A stretch of 64,000 bases of DNA from Negaprion brevirostris (Eukaryota). A program made the position numbers and the translations under genes. Under the pieces are notes generated by a model that searched no databases, had not been told where the DNA came from, and saw nothing but the letters and a program-made list of their open reading frames with translations. Below are positions 12,420-24,341 of the stretch, one piece after another (within the stretch, counting starts at the first letter, position 1; each line of letters begins with the position of its first letter). The stretch spans positions 70,412,453 through 70,476,452 of the forward strand of contig JARDVH010000193.1 in the NCBI GenBank assembly GCA_030324005.1, written 5' to 3'.

Positions 12420-13025
12420 ATGGGCAAATAAAGCTAAGATGAAGAATTCATGGAATGTTTTTGGGATAATTTCTTAGAACAACACATTCTGGAAACAACC
12501 AGAGAGCAGGCTAGACCTGGTATTGTGGAATGAAATAGAATTAGTTGATAACTGCAAAGTAAAGGGGCCTTTAGGGAGCAGCAGTTGAATTTTACATTTA
12601 GTTTGAGGGAAAAATGAGTGAGTCGAAGACCAATATTTAAACTTAAATAAGAGCAATTATGAAGGCATGAAAGCAGAGCCAGCTAAAGCAAACTGGTAAA
12701 TAAGGTTAAAGGCTAGTTCAAAAGAGATGCAGTGGCAGACATTTAAAGGAATAATTCAGGGGACACTTTACAATGAGAAAAAAAAATCCAAGTTGAGGAC
12801 ACCATCATCTGCGGTTAACAAATGAAGCTAATAACAGTATCAAACTTAAAGAAAATGGATATAACTACACAAAGATGGTGTCAGAAGATCGGATAGAATG
12901 TAAAAAACACCAAAGAATGACAGAAAGATTAATAAGGAAGGAAACGTAAGGGTCTAAGGGAAAGGTAGCTGGAAATATAAAGATAGACATTAGGAGTTTC
13001 GATTGATATTTATGAAGGAAAGAGC
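12420..13025 (+). mobile_element. Degenerate CR1 ORF2 (endonuclease/linker) fragment
   Basis: gataatttcttagaacaacacattctggaaacaaccagagagcaggctagacctggtattg (FLEQHI..T..LDLVL-like) in purine-rich decayed coding sequence. Confidence 0.7.
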
Positions 13026-13081
13026 TAATCACTGTGCCACCATAACATCCTCCTTGTTTTACCTGGCAAGTTCAAGGAGTA

Positions 13082-13450
13082 GGTGGCATGGTAGAACAGT
13101 GATTAGCACTGCTGCCTCACAGTGTCAGGGACCCGAGTTCAATTCCGACCTTGAGTGACTGTTTGTACGGAGTTTGCACATTCTCCCTGTGTCTGTGTGG
13201 GTTTCCTCCAGCTGCTCTGGTTTCCTCTGAAAGAAGGTCCACAACACTAGCTTAAAATCCAACAGGTTTTTACCTCAGTCCAACGCAAGCATCTCCACAT
13301 CCTGGTTGGTTGGCCATGCTAAATTGACCCTAGTTTCAGGCAGATTAGCAGGGTAATTATGTGGGGCTACTTGGTTAGGGTGGGATTGTTGTCGGTGCAG
13401 GCTCGATGAGCCGAATGGCCTTCTTCTGTACTGTGGGGGTTCTATGATGT
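13082..13450 (+). mobile_element. HE1-type SINE interrupted by a Penelope remnant
   Basis: Head ggtggcatggtagaacagtgattagcactgctgcctcacag, V-domain and CR1-like tail. The insert lies at about 13231-13301. Confidence 0.85.
13231..13301. mobile_element. Tiny Penelope pLTR remnant
   Basis: aagaaggtccacaacactagcttaaaatccaacaggttt joined to cagtccaacgcaagcatctccacatc, the reverse complement of the 1341/19309 terminal motif. Confidence 0.7.
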
Positions 13451-14777
13451 ACGATTCACATGTGGTAAAAGTTAAAAAAAAACAAACACCCATGGGTTTT
13501 GTGTGAAACTTTCCACAATTAATGCAGACTGAATTCAAGATCCAAAGAGATTGCGAAAACCAACAAAACGTATCCTGCAACAGAATCCTCATGTATATCA
13601 GAAGTTCCTTCACTTTGATTGACATAAGTGGCAGATACTTGTAGAGTCATGACAGGATCCAGCAAATTCAGCGAGACGAGCGCTCTGTAAGTCAGCACGC
13701 AGAATTAAATTTATCGCCATATTGTTACTAGAGGTAGTATCAGACCGTGCAATCAATAAATTACCTGGTCAGTTTCATTCTGACTGAATATCAAAATAAA
13801 TCAGAATAAACCCTCAGAACACTGAGAGACAAACACCTTTTAATCCAATCACAGTAACTCTTTTCAGGATAAATTACAGAAATCACGGGAGTTGCCTTTG
13901 GCCACAGCTCTCTTAATTCCCACCACATGACCTACACCAAAATGGAGTCCTCCTAGCTCAATCTCGTGGTCCTCCCAGTGCTCCGCCATCCCCGTGCTAC
14001 AAAGAGATTCTAACCAGTTCAGCATGTGGTCTAACTTTCCAGTGTGTTAAATTCTAAATATCAGTCAAAAACAGAAAGAACCAAAGCGCTGCGGTCTGAA
14101 GCAACACAAAGGGAATAAGTTAATCAGGACACAGTTCATATGAGAAATAACCTCCATCTGTTGACACGGCAAGTTGCAATTTAATAATTATACTTGAATG
14201 AGAAACAAAATGCAACAAAAGCCAGTGAGAGTAATTTTGATTTGGTGTGATAGAGAGATTTTCAGCTCAATTGGCCCTCATCCATTTAGTGCAACTATCC
14301 AAAGCCCAAGTTGTCCCCAGTGAATTCACCATGCTCTTTGCGTTCACATATAAATTAATCTAATGTGGCATTATTCTGTGACTCAAACGATAGTGAGGAT
14401 GATACCACTGTGCCCAGTTCTGGAAGGGCGAGGAAGGTGACTTCACAAGTCAGCAGGGTTATTTAATTAGCAGGGCCCAGAGGTACGGTTGTTAATTGGC
14501 AATGTCTGTCCTGTTGCGCAGAGTGCAGGATGATGATTTAATCAACTATGCCCCCTGGGCTTTTTTGTGAATAGGTAATTCCTGAGTCGATGTACAGAGG
14601 GAAGCATTGCACAGAGGAAGCTGGAGGTGTGAACTAGAGGTGCATACTTAATATACCCAATCCGTTCTGTGTAGTACATTCTCAAGGGTTTTTCTTTTTT
14701 TTCCATAAAACAGGGGCCAAACCATGTGCCCTCTTGGAGTTAGATTAATGTCAGCCCTTACTGCCCCCCTAAACTAG

Positions 14778-15228
14778 TGGACGGTACAGTAGCACAGTGG
14801 TTATCACTGCTGCTTCGCAGCTCCAGGGACCTGGGTTCGATTCCCGGCTTGGGTCACTGTCTATGTGGAGTTTGCACGTTCTCCTCGTGTCTGCGTGGGT
14901 TTCCTCCAGGTGCTCCGGTTTCCTCCCACAGTCCAAAGATNNNNNNNNNNNNNNNNNNNNNNNNNNNNNNNNNNNNNNNNNNNNNNNNNNNNNNNNNNNN
15001 NNNNNNNNNNNNNNNNNNNNNNNNNNNNNNNNNNNNNNNNCCAGCTGCTCTGGTTTCCTCACACAGTCCAAAGATATGCAGGTTAGGCTTATTGGCCATG
15101 CTAAATTGTCCTTTAGTGTTGGGGAATTAGCAGGGTAAATATGTGGAGTTAGGTCAATAGGGCCTGGGTTGGATTCTTGTTGGGCCAAGTGGCCTCCTTA
15201 TGCACTGTAGGGATTCTATTCTATTCTA
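14778..15228 (+). mobile_element. HE1-type SINE with an internal gap
   Basis: A box tagcacagtgg, perfect B box ggttcgattcc, V-domain and an (attct)n tail. Confidence 0.9.
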
Positions 15229-15639
15229 ACTCTGGAAAACACCATTTGCACAGAAATAAGGTCAGAAATCATTGGTTGTAAACATTTAGCACTTTTTTAA
15301 CATAACATGTTTAAAGGTCGACTGAGCTGTTTGATTAGGGTTCCTCATGTGTTGAAAGCATTTGAGTGGTGTGTGACTTGGAGGAGATCTCATAAACGTT
15401 AGTCTTCCCATACGTCTGCTGCCCTCAGCCTTCTTGACAGTAGATGTTGCTAGTTAGATATGAATGTTGCACTTTTTGAAACATATTTCACATTATGTGC
15501 ATGAAAATGCTAAATGATGCCAACTATTACTGAATATCCTTTCTAATTTCCATTGATAAATGTAATATAAATGTTAAAGATATAGAAGGGTTACCACAAT
15601 ATGGTCTGGCCCATTTTTCGGACCAATATTTTTTAGCCC

Positions 15640-17030
15640 AATAAGGAAGGAGGCAATGTTGAGCTAATTTAAGAAAATGAAGTTAGAGCAGTAAACAATG
15701 TAAGTAAGACATGATGACATTTAGGAAGCCACAGTATGATTAAGTTCCAGAATGTAAATGTGGAAAAAGGAAACCTTTGAATACAACAACATTTTGCAAT
15801 AAAAATGAAACTCTCAAAGATATGACAAGGTCAGAAGTCCACTTGAATTGAGGAACAAAAAGTCAACAGATAACAGTGGGAAACTTTAAAAGAGGAGTTG
15901 GTTAAGATACATGCAAGGCATATTCCCACAAGTTGAAAAAAGGGCGGAGGAAAAGCTGGCGTTCCTTAGAGGGCAGTGAAATTTAAATTAAAATGAGAAA
16001 ATTAGAGGATAGAAAATACTGAGGGGAGATTAGAAAGGCTAAGGGGGTAATGATGAAAGATTGGCAAGGAACATAAAGGGAAATAGTAAAGGACTTTCTA
16101 TACATAAAAGTGAATGAATCGTCAAAGAGTAGAGATGAAAGAAGAAATCTTCTCAAGCAGGATGAAGGAATGGTGGAGATACTAGATGAGTGCTTTGCCT
16201 TGGTTCTTGCATAGAGAAAGGGATAAACTGTGTAATTATACCAACCAGCTTAACATTAGTAGTGGTTGAGCTTCTAGAGGGCATAATGGAGGATAAAATT
16301 AATACTCACTTAGAAGGACATGGGTTAATTAAGCCAGTGCGGATTTAAAAAAAGACAAGTTGAATCTGACAAACGCAACAGTGTTCTTTAGGGGAATAAT
16401 CAAGTGTATTTAGTTGGTGGCTAGAGAAGGTGCAATGGATGCTGTGCATTCGAATTTCCAAAGGCATTTGATACAAAGTGGCATAGGAGGTTAATTGATA
16501 AAATTAAGATTCATGTTATGAAAGGGAGTATAGTAGAATTGATAGGAAGTTTGGTAAAAAACAGAGAATGCGAGCAACGCATTTATTTTGTTGGGACATA
16601 ACAATGACATTTTCTTTATCTCTCTCTGCCTCTATCGTTGGAATAAAAGAAATAACGCAACATAGGAAGTATCCTTGATTAGGAAGATGACTGTAACTAA
16701 CTTTTAGGATGACTCAGTAAGGCTAATAGATTTGATGGAGGGATTCAAGGGGGAGGAATGTGAGCAGATTCATTTAATGAATAACAATAGTTAGACAAAT
16801 TTTATAATGACCGGTGAAGCTTTATAAAGAGCAAAGACACTTGACAGTCTACATGCAATATTCTTTAAAAATGAGAAAAACGTTGGCAAAGCTATTAACA
16901 AGTAGCTGCGCATTGGATCCTAGATTTTATAAATCGCTGCTGTGAGTACCATAATAAAGAAGCAAGGTGACAATTAAACCAATCAGTGGTTAGACCACAT
17001 CAATCAGGACTTGTATCTGACATTTAGATG
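15640..17030 (+). mobile_element. Highly degenerate CR1 ORF2 fragment
   Basis: Decayed RT motifs, for example gatgctgtgcattcgaatttccaaaggcatttgatac (DAVxxDFQKAFD-like), with many stops and frameshifts. Confidence 0.65.
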
Positions 17031-17409
17031 CTCTAACTCATTCTCACACAATTAGCACTGTGGCAGATCTCACACCTGTCATGTTTTTATAATATAAATG
17101 CACCAGTCATTCATAAGGGATTGGGAAAATACATTCTGTGTTCATTTATTAAGACTATACACATGCCAACATTTATACGAAGATAGAAAAGCTAGAAGAT
17201 ATCAGCAGAAAGTTACATGTGTGTGCTTTGTTCAAAAGCAAAAACTAAGGCTGAATCATGTGACATACTTCCTCTCCAATGATATCACGCTGCAATCTCT
17301 TAAAAGCACATTACAACAACATCCAGATCCCACAGACTGCACGCGCTTGTCCTCTATTCAACCATGGCAGGCATATCATGCAGATTGCACCACATGCACT
17401 GACACAAAC

Positions 17410-18730
17410 TTCCCTTGCTCTTACAGCGCAAGATGATGCATAACTAGAGGGCAGCAGGAACTAACAAGAGGGCACAAGTATACCTGCATGTCTTAAACTC
17501 CATGGAGGAAGAAGGCAGTGTTGCCTTTTATTGGGATGTCCATTGCTGAGGATGTAGACAGCAACCAGGCTGAAATCATTGAAGATATCTTCATTGTCCC
17601 TTTGTTTTATGTTTGCTTCTGATTTGCAAGCTGCAGATGATGTAAGAGTGCAGCAGTTCCCCACCCTCCCTCCCTCAGTTATATCCTTGCACCTTTATCC
17701 TTTCAGATGCTCAGGAGATCCAACCTAGCCAGGCAATGGAGGAATAGCAAGACGAAACTGATGATGAAGTCACAGCAATATGACTTGATTTCAGCTTTGC
17801 AGCCTCCAGCACACATAATGACACTGTGTGTATAGACAGGATCTGCATGCGATGATACACGGGTTGCAACTAAGACAGGGGCAAGGATAGGGCAGATGCC
17901 AGCTCACCATAGACTCATAGATGTTTACAGCACAGAAGGAGGCCATTCAGCCCATCATATCCACATTGGTCAACAAACATCTGACTATACAAATCACATT
18001 GTCCAGAGTTTGGCCCTTAGCCTTGGAGGTTATGGAAGCACAAGTGATTTTCTAAATACTTCTTAAATGGTGTGAGGGGCTCTGCCTCCATCATCTTTCA
18101 GCCAGTGAGTTTCAGACTCCCACTACCCTCTGGGTGAAAAGATTTCTCTTCAACACCCTCAGAATTCTTTCTAGTAACTTTACCAGAGGGGGAGGTCACG
18201 CACTGGTTCTGTTGTACAACAGTCAGATGATCACTTTGATGGGGGAGCTGAGAGGAGAAGGTGCAGTGCCGGACAACCACTCTCCTAACTCCTGTAGCAG
18301 CACTTGCGGCTTCCCACCCAATATCTGAGCACTGCAGCTGACGCTCAGACTGCTATCAACATGTCTGTGGATTGCAGTTGTCACAGGGTCTTTGCAGGGT
18401 ATCGCAGCAGTGCAGCAATCTGTTCCCCAACAGGATGCAAGGAATGCTACGAGCTGTGTGCGGGGAGGGGGGTGGGGGTGAAAGTGACAGTTATTTACTG
18501 GAGGAGCACAAGCTTCTTGTCCTGTCACAGAAAGACAGCTTTCGTCCCCCCAGTCCTGCCACTCCAACAGTGCCCAGCTGTTGTCTGTCAGCTTGAGGTC
18601 AGCCCCAAGGCCATTGCAGTCTCCTCCACTGATAGTCAGCAGTCTCTCACCAGCCATGCTGCAGCCACTGGGGTAATACTGCACTCGGACAGGCAACAAA
18701 CAGCACATGGAGGTATGAAGGGAATGCACT
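17410..18730 (+). mobile_element. Harbinger Myb/SANT-protein gene remnant (spliced, decayed)
   Basis: Acceptor cttacag followed by RKMMHN*R..QQELTRG (KVAHNRR..TGGG-like). A second acceptor ctttcag precedes an acidic segment. Paralogous to 25497-26130. Confidence 0.55.
17908..18180 (-). mobile_element. CR1 3' fragment inserted in the Harbinger remnant
   Basis: catagactcatagatgtttacagcacagaaggaggccattcagcccatc is a reverse-complement CR1 3' end. Confidence 0.8.
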
Positions 18731-18946
18731 AGAGTGATTAGTTTACATCTGTACGCAATGTGGAATGATTTCATTTATACATTTGCATTTGAATGTTTAT
18801 TTTGTGTTAGCTTTTATTTTCGTGTTGTGAGGCCCTGGTGGTCAGTGTAAAGGGAAGGTGTGGGCCTGTTGGTGAATGGGGAATTAGGGATGCAGTCATT
18901 GGAATTGCCATTGAACTTTGTTCTTGATTACTGCAGGGTCTCTCCT

Positions 18947-19308
18947 GTAAGAAGTCTCACAACTCTAGGTTAAAGTCCAGCAGGTTTATTTGGTAGCACA
19001 AGCTTTCGGAGTGTCACTCCTCCTTCAGGTGAGTGAGGAGTTGTGTGCACAAACCAGGCACATATTGACACAAACTCAATTTACAAGATAATGGTTGGAA
19101 TGCTAGTCTTTACAGCAATCAAGTTGTAAAGGTGAGTGGAGAGAGGGTTAAGCCCAGGTTAGAGAGGTGCATATTGTCTCCAGCCAGAACAGTTAGTGAG
19201 ATTTCGCAAGCCCAGGCAAGTCATGGGGGTTACAGGTAGTGTGATGTGAACCCAAGATCTCGGTTGAGGCCGTCCTCACGTGTGCGGAACTTGGTTATCA
19301 GTTTCTCT
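18947..19308 (-). mobile_element. Penelope-like element 3' part (GIY-YIG C-terminus plus pLTR with hammerhead motif)
   Basis: Minus-strand translation EKLITKFRTREDGLNRDLGFTSHYL* matches the typical vertebrate Penelope endonuclease end (GLNRDxGF). It is followed by the pLTR containing aataaa. Confidence 0.85.
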
Positions 19309-19475
19309 GACGTGGAGATGCCGGCATTGGATGCGGGTAAGCACAGTAAGAAGTCTCACAACACCAGGTTAAAGTCCAACAGGTTTATTTGGTAGCACAA
19401 GCTAAAAGCCAGAAAGCTAGTAGCTTGTGCTACCAAATAAACCTGCTGGACTTTAACCTGGTGAAGTGAGACTTC
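19309..19475. mobile_element. Short fold-back Penelope derivative nested in the larger copy
   Basis: 13-bp duplication tatcagtttctct (19296-19308 and 19476-19488), with 56-bp inverted arms. Confidence 0.8.
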
Positions 19476-19489
19476 TATCAGTTTCTCTC

Positions 19490-19550
19490 CAGGACAGGCA
19501 GTATGACTTTTCTTTTGGCACATCAATAGTCTGCTCCATCACATCTTGTC
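19490..19550 (-). mobile_element. Harbinger transposase C-terminal catalytic fragment
   Basis: Minus-strand QDVMEQTIDVPKEKSYCL resembles the HARBI1-family motif RxxIExxxGxLKxRFRCL. Confidence 0.5.
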
Positions 19551-20750
19551 CATAGGATCACAGGAAATAGGGGCAGTAATAGACCATTCGGTCTCTCGAG
19601 CTTGCTCCACTATTCAGCTCGATCATGTCTNNNNNNNNNNNNNNNNNNNNNNNNNNNNNNNNNNNNNNNNNNNNNNNNNNNNNNNNNNNNNNNNNNNNNN
19701 NNNNNNNNNNNNNNNNNNNNNNNNNNNNNNNNNNNNNNNNNNNNNNNNNNNNNNNNNNNNNNNNNNNNNNNNNNNNNNNNNNNNNNNNNNNNNNNNNNNN
19801 NNNNNNNNNNNNNNNNNNNNNNNNNNNNNNNNNNNNNNNNNNNNNNNNNNNNNNNNNNNNNNNNNNNNNNNNNNNNNNNNNNNNNNNNNNNNNNNNNNNN
19901 NNNNNNNNNNNNNNNNNNNNNNNNNNNNNNNNNNNNNNNNNNNNNNNNNNNNNNNNNNNNNNNNNNNNNNNNNNNNNNNNNNNNNNNNNNNNNNNNNNNN
20001 NNNNNNNNNNNNNNNNNNNNNNNNNNNNNNNNNNNNNNNNNNNNNNNNNNNNNNNNNNNNNNNNNNNNNNNNNNNNNNNNNNNNNNNNNNNNNNNNNNNN
20101 NNNNNNNNNNNNNNNNNNNNNNNNNNNNNNNNNNNNNNNNNNNNNNNNNNNNNNNNNNNNNNNNNNNNNNNNNNNNNNNNNNNNNNNNNNNNNNNNNNNN
20201 NNNNNNNNNNNNNNNNNNNNNNNNNNNNNNNNNNNNNNNNNNNNNNNNNNNNNNNNNNNNNNNNNNNNNNNNNNNNNNNNNNNNNNNNNNNNNNNNNNNN
20301 NNNNNNNNNNNNNNNNNNNNNNNNNNNNNNNNNNNNNNNNNNNNNNNNNNNNNNNNNNNNNNNNNNNNNNNNNNNNNNNNNNNNNNNNNNNNNNNNNNNN
20401 NNNNNNNNNNNNNNNNNNNNNNNNNNNNNNNNNNNNNNNNNNNNNNNNNNNNNNNNNNNNNNNNNNNNNNNNNNNNNNNNNNNNNNNNNNNNNNNNNNNN
20501 NNNNNNNNNNNNNNNNNNNNNNNNNNNNNNNNNNNNNNNNNNNNNNNNNNNNNNNNNNNNNNNNNNNNNNNNNNNNNNNNNNNNNNNNNNNNNNNNNATC
20601 TATGTCTTGAACAGATGCAATGTCTGAGCCTTCACAGCTCTCTGAGGCAGAGAAGTCTGAAGATTCACTTCCTTCTGATGAGGAAATTCTTCCGAATCTC
20701 AGTCCTAAAAGATCTATGCCTTTTCCGAGACTGTGTACCCTACTTCTAGA
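19551..20750 (-). mobile_element. CR1 3' region, mostly within an assembly gap
   Basis: cataggatcacaggaaataggggcagtaatagaccattcgg marks the 3' end. Continuation after the gap reads ctctgaggcagagaa...gaggaaattcttccgaatctc. Confidence 0.75.
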
Positions 20751-20883
20751 TAGCGCTTCCCATCCTCCACCATGCTCCCCAACCAAGCGGAAGCATCTGT
20801 CCTGTCTCTCTTTCTGCCCAAGCTCTCCGTGAATAAATAAATTCCATGGCAATACCAGTAACTCCAAATCCCTATTCACCAAC

Positions 20884-23290
20884 AAGTTCTTTTTCTTCTC
20901 AGGCAGTGCCTCAGAATCGAGGGTGATTTGCTTCCACACAAAAACTAAGTTCTCAGGTAACTGAGGAGTCCAATGCATGACCTACAGGACAGGACTTTAC
21001 AGCATAGCTCGAGCAAGACTGGAAATTCCTTCCCGATGTCAACGGATGTTTCCGTTGTCTACCCCTTGTCTGCTCCTGTTCTGTGGCGAATGAGGCAGTA
21101 GAATTCTGGCAACAGTCTCTCTCACAGGTGGGACAGAGGGTGGTTGGAACAGTGGGTGATCAGTTACCCAGGTCACCACATGCTCCTTCCACTGTCAATG
21201 CCTGGCTTCAGCTTGCTTTCGCCGATGAAACTTGAGGTGTTCAGCTTCTTCCTAGATACTTTTCCTCTATTTCAGGTCAGAGGTTCCCAGGTGTCGGTGG
21301 AGATGTTACACTTTTTCAAGGAGGCTTTGAGTGTGTCCTTGAAGCATTTCCTTTGCTCCCTACTGGGGCTCACTTGCTGTATCGAAGCTCCGAGTAGAAC
21401 ATTTGTTTTGGGAATCTCTTGTCAGGCATGTGGGCAATGTAGCCCGTTCAGTGAAGCTGATACAGCATGGTTAACGTTTCAATGCTTGGGATGTCGGCCT
21501 GAGTGAGAACACTGATGTTGGTGCACTTATTCTGCCAATGGATTTACAGGAACTTGCAGAGGCAATGCTGGTGGTACCCCTCCAGGGTTGTGAGGTGCCT
21601 GCTGTGCATAGTTCATATTTCTGAGCCATATAGAGGGGTAGGTATCTCTGTTGTTCTGTAGACCATAAGCTTAGTGCCTGCTCTAAGGTCTTGGTCTTCA
21701 AACACTCTTCCTCAGGTGACCAGATGCTGTACTGACACTCTGAAGGCTGTGCTGAACCTTGCCGTTGATGTCTTCCCTCATTGACATTAGGTTCCCAAGG
21801 TAGGGAAAGCAGTCCATATTGTCCAAGACCTCATCATAGATTTTGATAACTGAAGCCGGGGGGGTGGGGGGGAAAGGGGAGGGGAGGGCGGTTCAATGCT
21901 ATGTGGTGGGGGCAAGTTGGTATCCATTGTCTTATGCGTAACCCATGATCTCATATGTCTCGATGAAGATGTTGCCAATGGATTGGAACTTGGTCTTAGA
22001 GTCAGCATTATCTACATACTGTAGTTCAATGACAGAGGATAGGGTGACTTCAGATCTGGCCTGCAGGTGGCAGAACGGATTCCTGCTTGTTCTGTAATTT
22101 AGTTCCACTCCAGTTCCCTGCTTGCTGAGGGTGAGATGGAGCCCTGAACAAGGAAGATTGCGAAGAGCGTCGGTGTGATGACACAGCCTTTCTTGACCCC
22201 AGACCAAATGTTAATTGGGTCTGCGGTGGACCTGTTGGTCAAGATCACAGCTTGCATGTCATTGTGCAGCCATCAGAGGATGGGGTAAAACGTTTAGGGG
22301 TGGCTGAAATGGAGAGAACACTTTATGATCCCTCGTGTCGAAGGCCTTCGTGAGGTCAAAGAAGGCTATGTAAAGGGTTGCTGCTGTTCCCTGCATTTCC
22401 CCTTGTAGTTGCCGCATGGAAAACATTGTGACTCTGACAGGACTCTTCAGTCACAGGGAGAAGGTGATCAAGGAGGACCTTGTGAGGACCTTCCCTGTGG
22501 CCAACAGCAGAGAAATTCCTCTGTAGTTACTGCAATCAGAGTTTTTGCCTTTCTTGAAGATGGTGATGATTAATTGCTGGAATTTCTATGTTTTTTCACC
22601 CACCATCTGTCCTTTTGGTCACAGTCTTTTCTCTGAACCTCAGTCTTCAGCCGTCTGTAGAGCTACTTTCTTGCCCTCGTGTTGGGTTGCTGTCTCAGAT
22701 TCAGAAAACCCTTGCAATTATAGCTTGTCAGCTCCTGGATCTCCTGGTCATTCTATCCAACACGTCTTTGCGTTTCCTGGATGAGTGACCAAGTGTCTCT
22801 CCACAGGTGCTGATTATGGAGGCTTTGAGGGTAGACCAGGTGCTGTGGACACTGTGTCTTGGGGTTACCAGGAGTTGTTAGGTCCTCGGTGAGGTGCTGG
22901 CTGGCTAGAACTCCTTTATTGGGGTCTTGAGTGCCTCAGAGTTGATTTTCCTGTGCCATTGTTTCTGTTGCCATCACTGATTGGGGCTACATTGATGTTG
23001 ATCAAAGAACGGATTAGACAGTGGTCCATCCAGCAGTCATTGCTTCCAGTCATGACGTGGGTGCTACACAAGTCCTTGTGGTCCCTCGCTCAGACAATGA
23101 TGCAGGTGAGCAGATGCCAGTGCTTGGAGCGAGGGTGTTACCAGGAGGTCTTGTACTTATCTCTCTAATGGAACAAGGTGTTAGTTATGACAAGGCCGTG
23201 CTTGACAGAGCAAGGCCTTGTTTCAATGGCAAGGGGCTCCAAGGTGACTAGAGACCGAACTCCACAGTATGGGCCGAGGACATAAACATA
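20884..23290 (-). mobile_element. RTE-clade LINE (decayed endonuclease plus RT)
   Basis: Minus-strand motifs YKTSW*HPRSKHWHLLTCII (RTE signature), NYRGISLL, FFDLTKAFD, VIELQYVDNA (from YADD) and MDCFPYLG. The 3' end has an (aaga)-type tail. Confidence 0.9.
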
Positions 23291-23397
23291 CTCCTACAGT
23301 CCACTTTTCTCCTTCCCACAGGACCTCTCTCCCTGAGATTCATAAAATATAGTGGTGACCTCATAAGCTCATGAGGCAGCACTGGCCTCCCATGGTT

Positions 23398-23540
23398 AAT
23401 GGCCCCATTGCTCCTCTCTCACTGCAAATGGCCCCGTTGCTCCTCTCTCACTGTGAATAGCCCCATTGCTCCTCTCTCACCGTGAATGGCTCCATTGCTC
23501 CTCTCTCACTATTAATGGCCCTGTTTTTCCTCTCTCTCTC
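23398..23540. repeat. 29-bp minisatellite, about 5 copies
   Basis: Unit aatggccccattgctcctctctcactg(ca/tg). Confidence 0.9.
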
Positions 23541-23544
23541 TTCT

Positions 23545-23900
23545 AGGTGATGGTCACTGCCTGCAGGTTCTCTTTTCACTATCAGCTCCATATAATTGAA
23601 TGCAGAATTTCAGTGGTAATGGCAAGTTCTGAGTTCTTGCAAATATCTCCAACTAAAGGAGCCAGATGAATTAAAGTTCATGATCATCTTCCCAGCTAAT
23701 GGCAATGCTGTCCAATTGTAGTTGTAGCTGCAGCAGGTGGCAGATCTCAGCCAGGGTGCACTTCCTGAACCATAGACATCTTGCATATTGTTTGCCACTG
23801 AGGTAGAACAGTTGCTTCCTGAGCACCCTGGTTGATCAATGCCTCTCGCCTCTCCACTCTTCCAGCAGTTTGTTCTGCTCAGCATGTCCTCTGTTCATTC
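23545..23900 (-). mobile_element. Harbinger (HARBI1-like) transposase N-terminal fragment
   Basis: Minus-strand LSGKQYARCLWFRKCTLAEICHLLQ, then a frameshift to TALPLAGKMIMNFNSSGSF. This matches the HARBI1-type 'AL..F.xSGSFQ..GD' HTH region. Paralogous to 36900-37260. Confidence 0.7.
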
Positions 23901-24240
23901 TCCCACTCCTGTTGCATTGCAGAAGGGAGTTGTAATGCACAGTGCCAGGAAGCAAGTAGTTCGCACAGAAACATTGAATTCAGTAAAAACTCCTTCAGCA
24001 TCTGCCATACCGTCCCCTGCAGGCCATGGGAAGCGCCAAACACAAAATCGGCCAGCAGCTAACATGCCTGCCACATGCAAGTGGTTGGTGATCGATTTAA
24101 ATAGCATGGTGGGTGGTTCTTGCTGCTGAACACACTTTGAGCTGCATGAGTTTTGGAAAGAGTGTGGTAGTAGATAAAATGAAACTGAATACTTGGGGCA
24201 GAGGTGTTTACAGAGTGTGTGGTAATGCCTGCACTCATAT

Positions 24241-24341
24241 GAGCTGGGATTTTCCTGTCAATGGATCTTTTCTGCTCCATCAAATTTTCTGTCATGCCCG
24301 TGACGATTCTCAGCACAAGCAAGACTGGAAAATCCCACCTC
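24241..24341. mobile_element. ~100-bp MITE
   Basis: TIRs gagctgggattttcc ... ggaaaatcccacctc. Confidence 0.65.

Noticed and set aside
14778-14860. tRNA-like A and B boxes
   Set aside because: These are SINE heads continuing into the V-domain, with no cloverleaf or acceptor stem. Not tRNA genes.
14900-15080. Apparent internal duplication of the SINE V-domain
   Set aside because: The two copies are separated by a 100-N gap and differ in sequence, so this is probably a scaffolding artefact or two separate SINEs.
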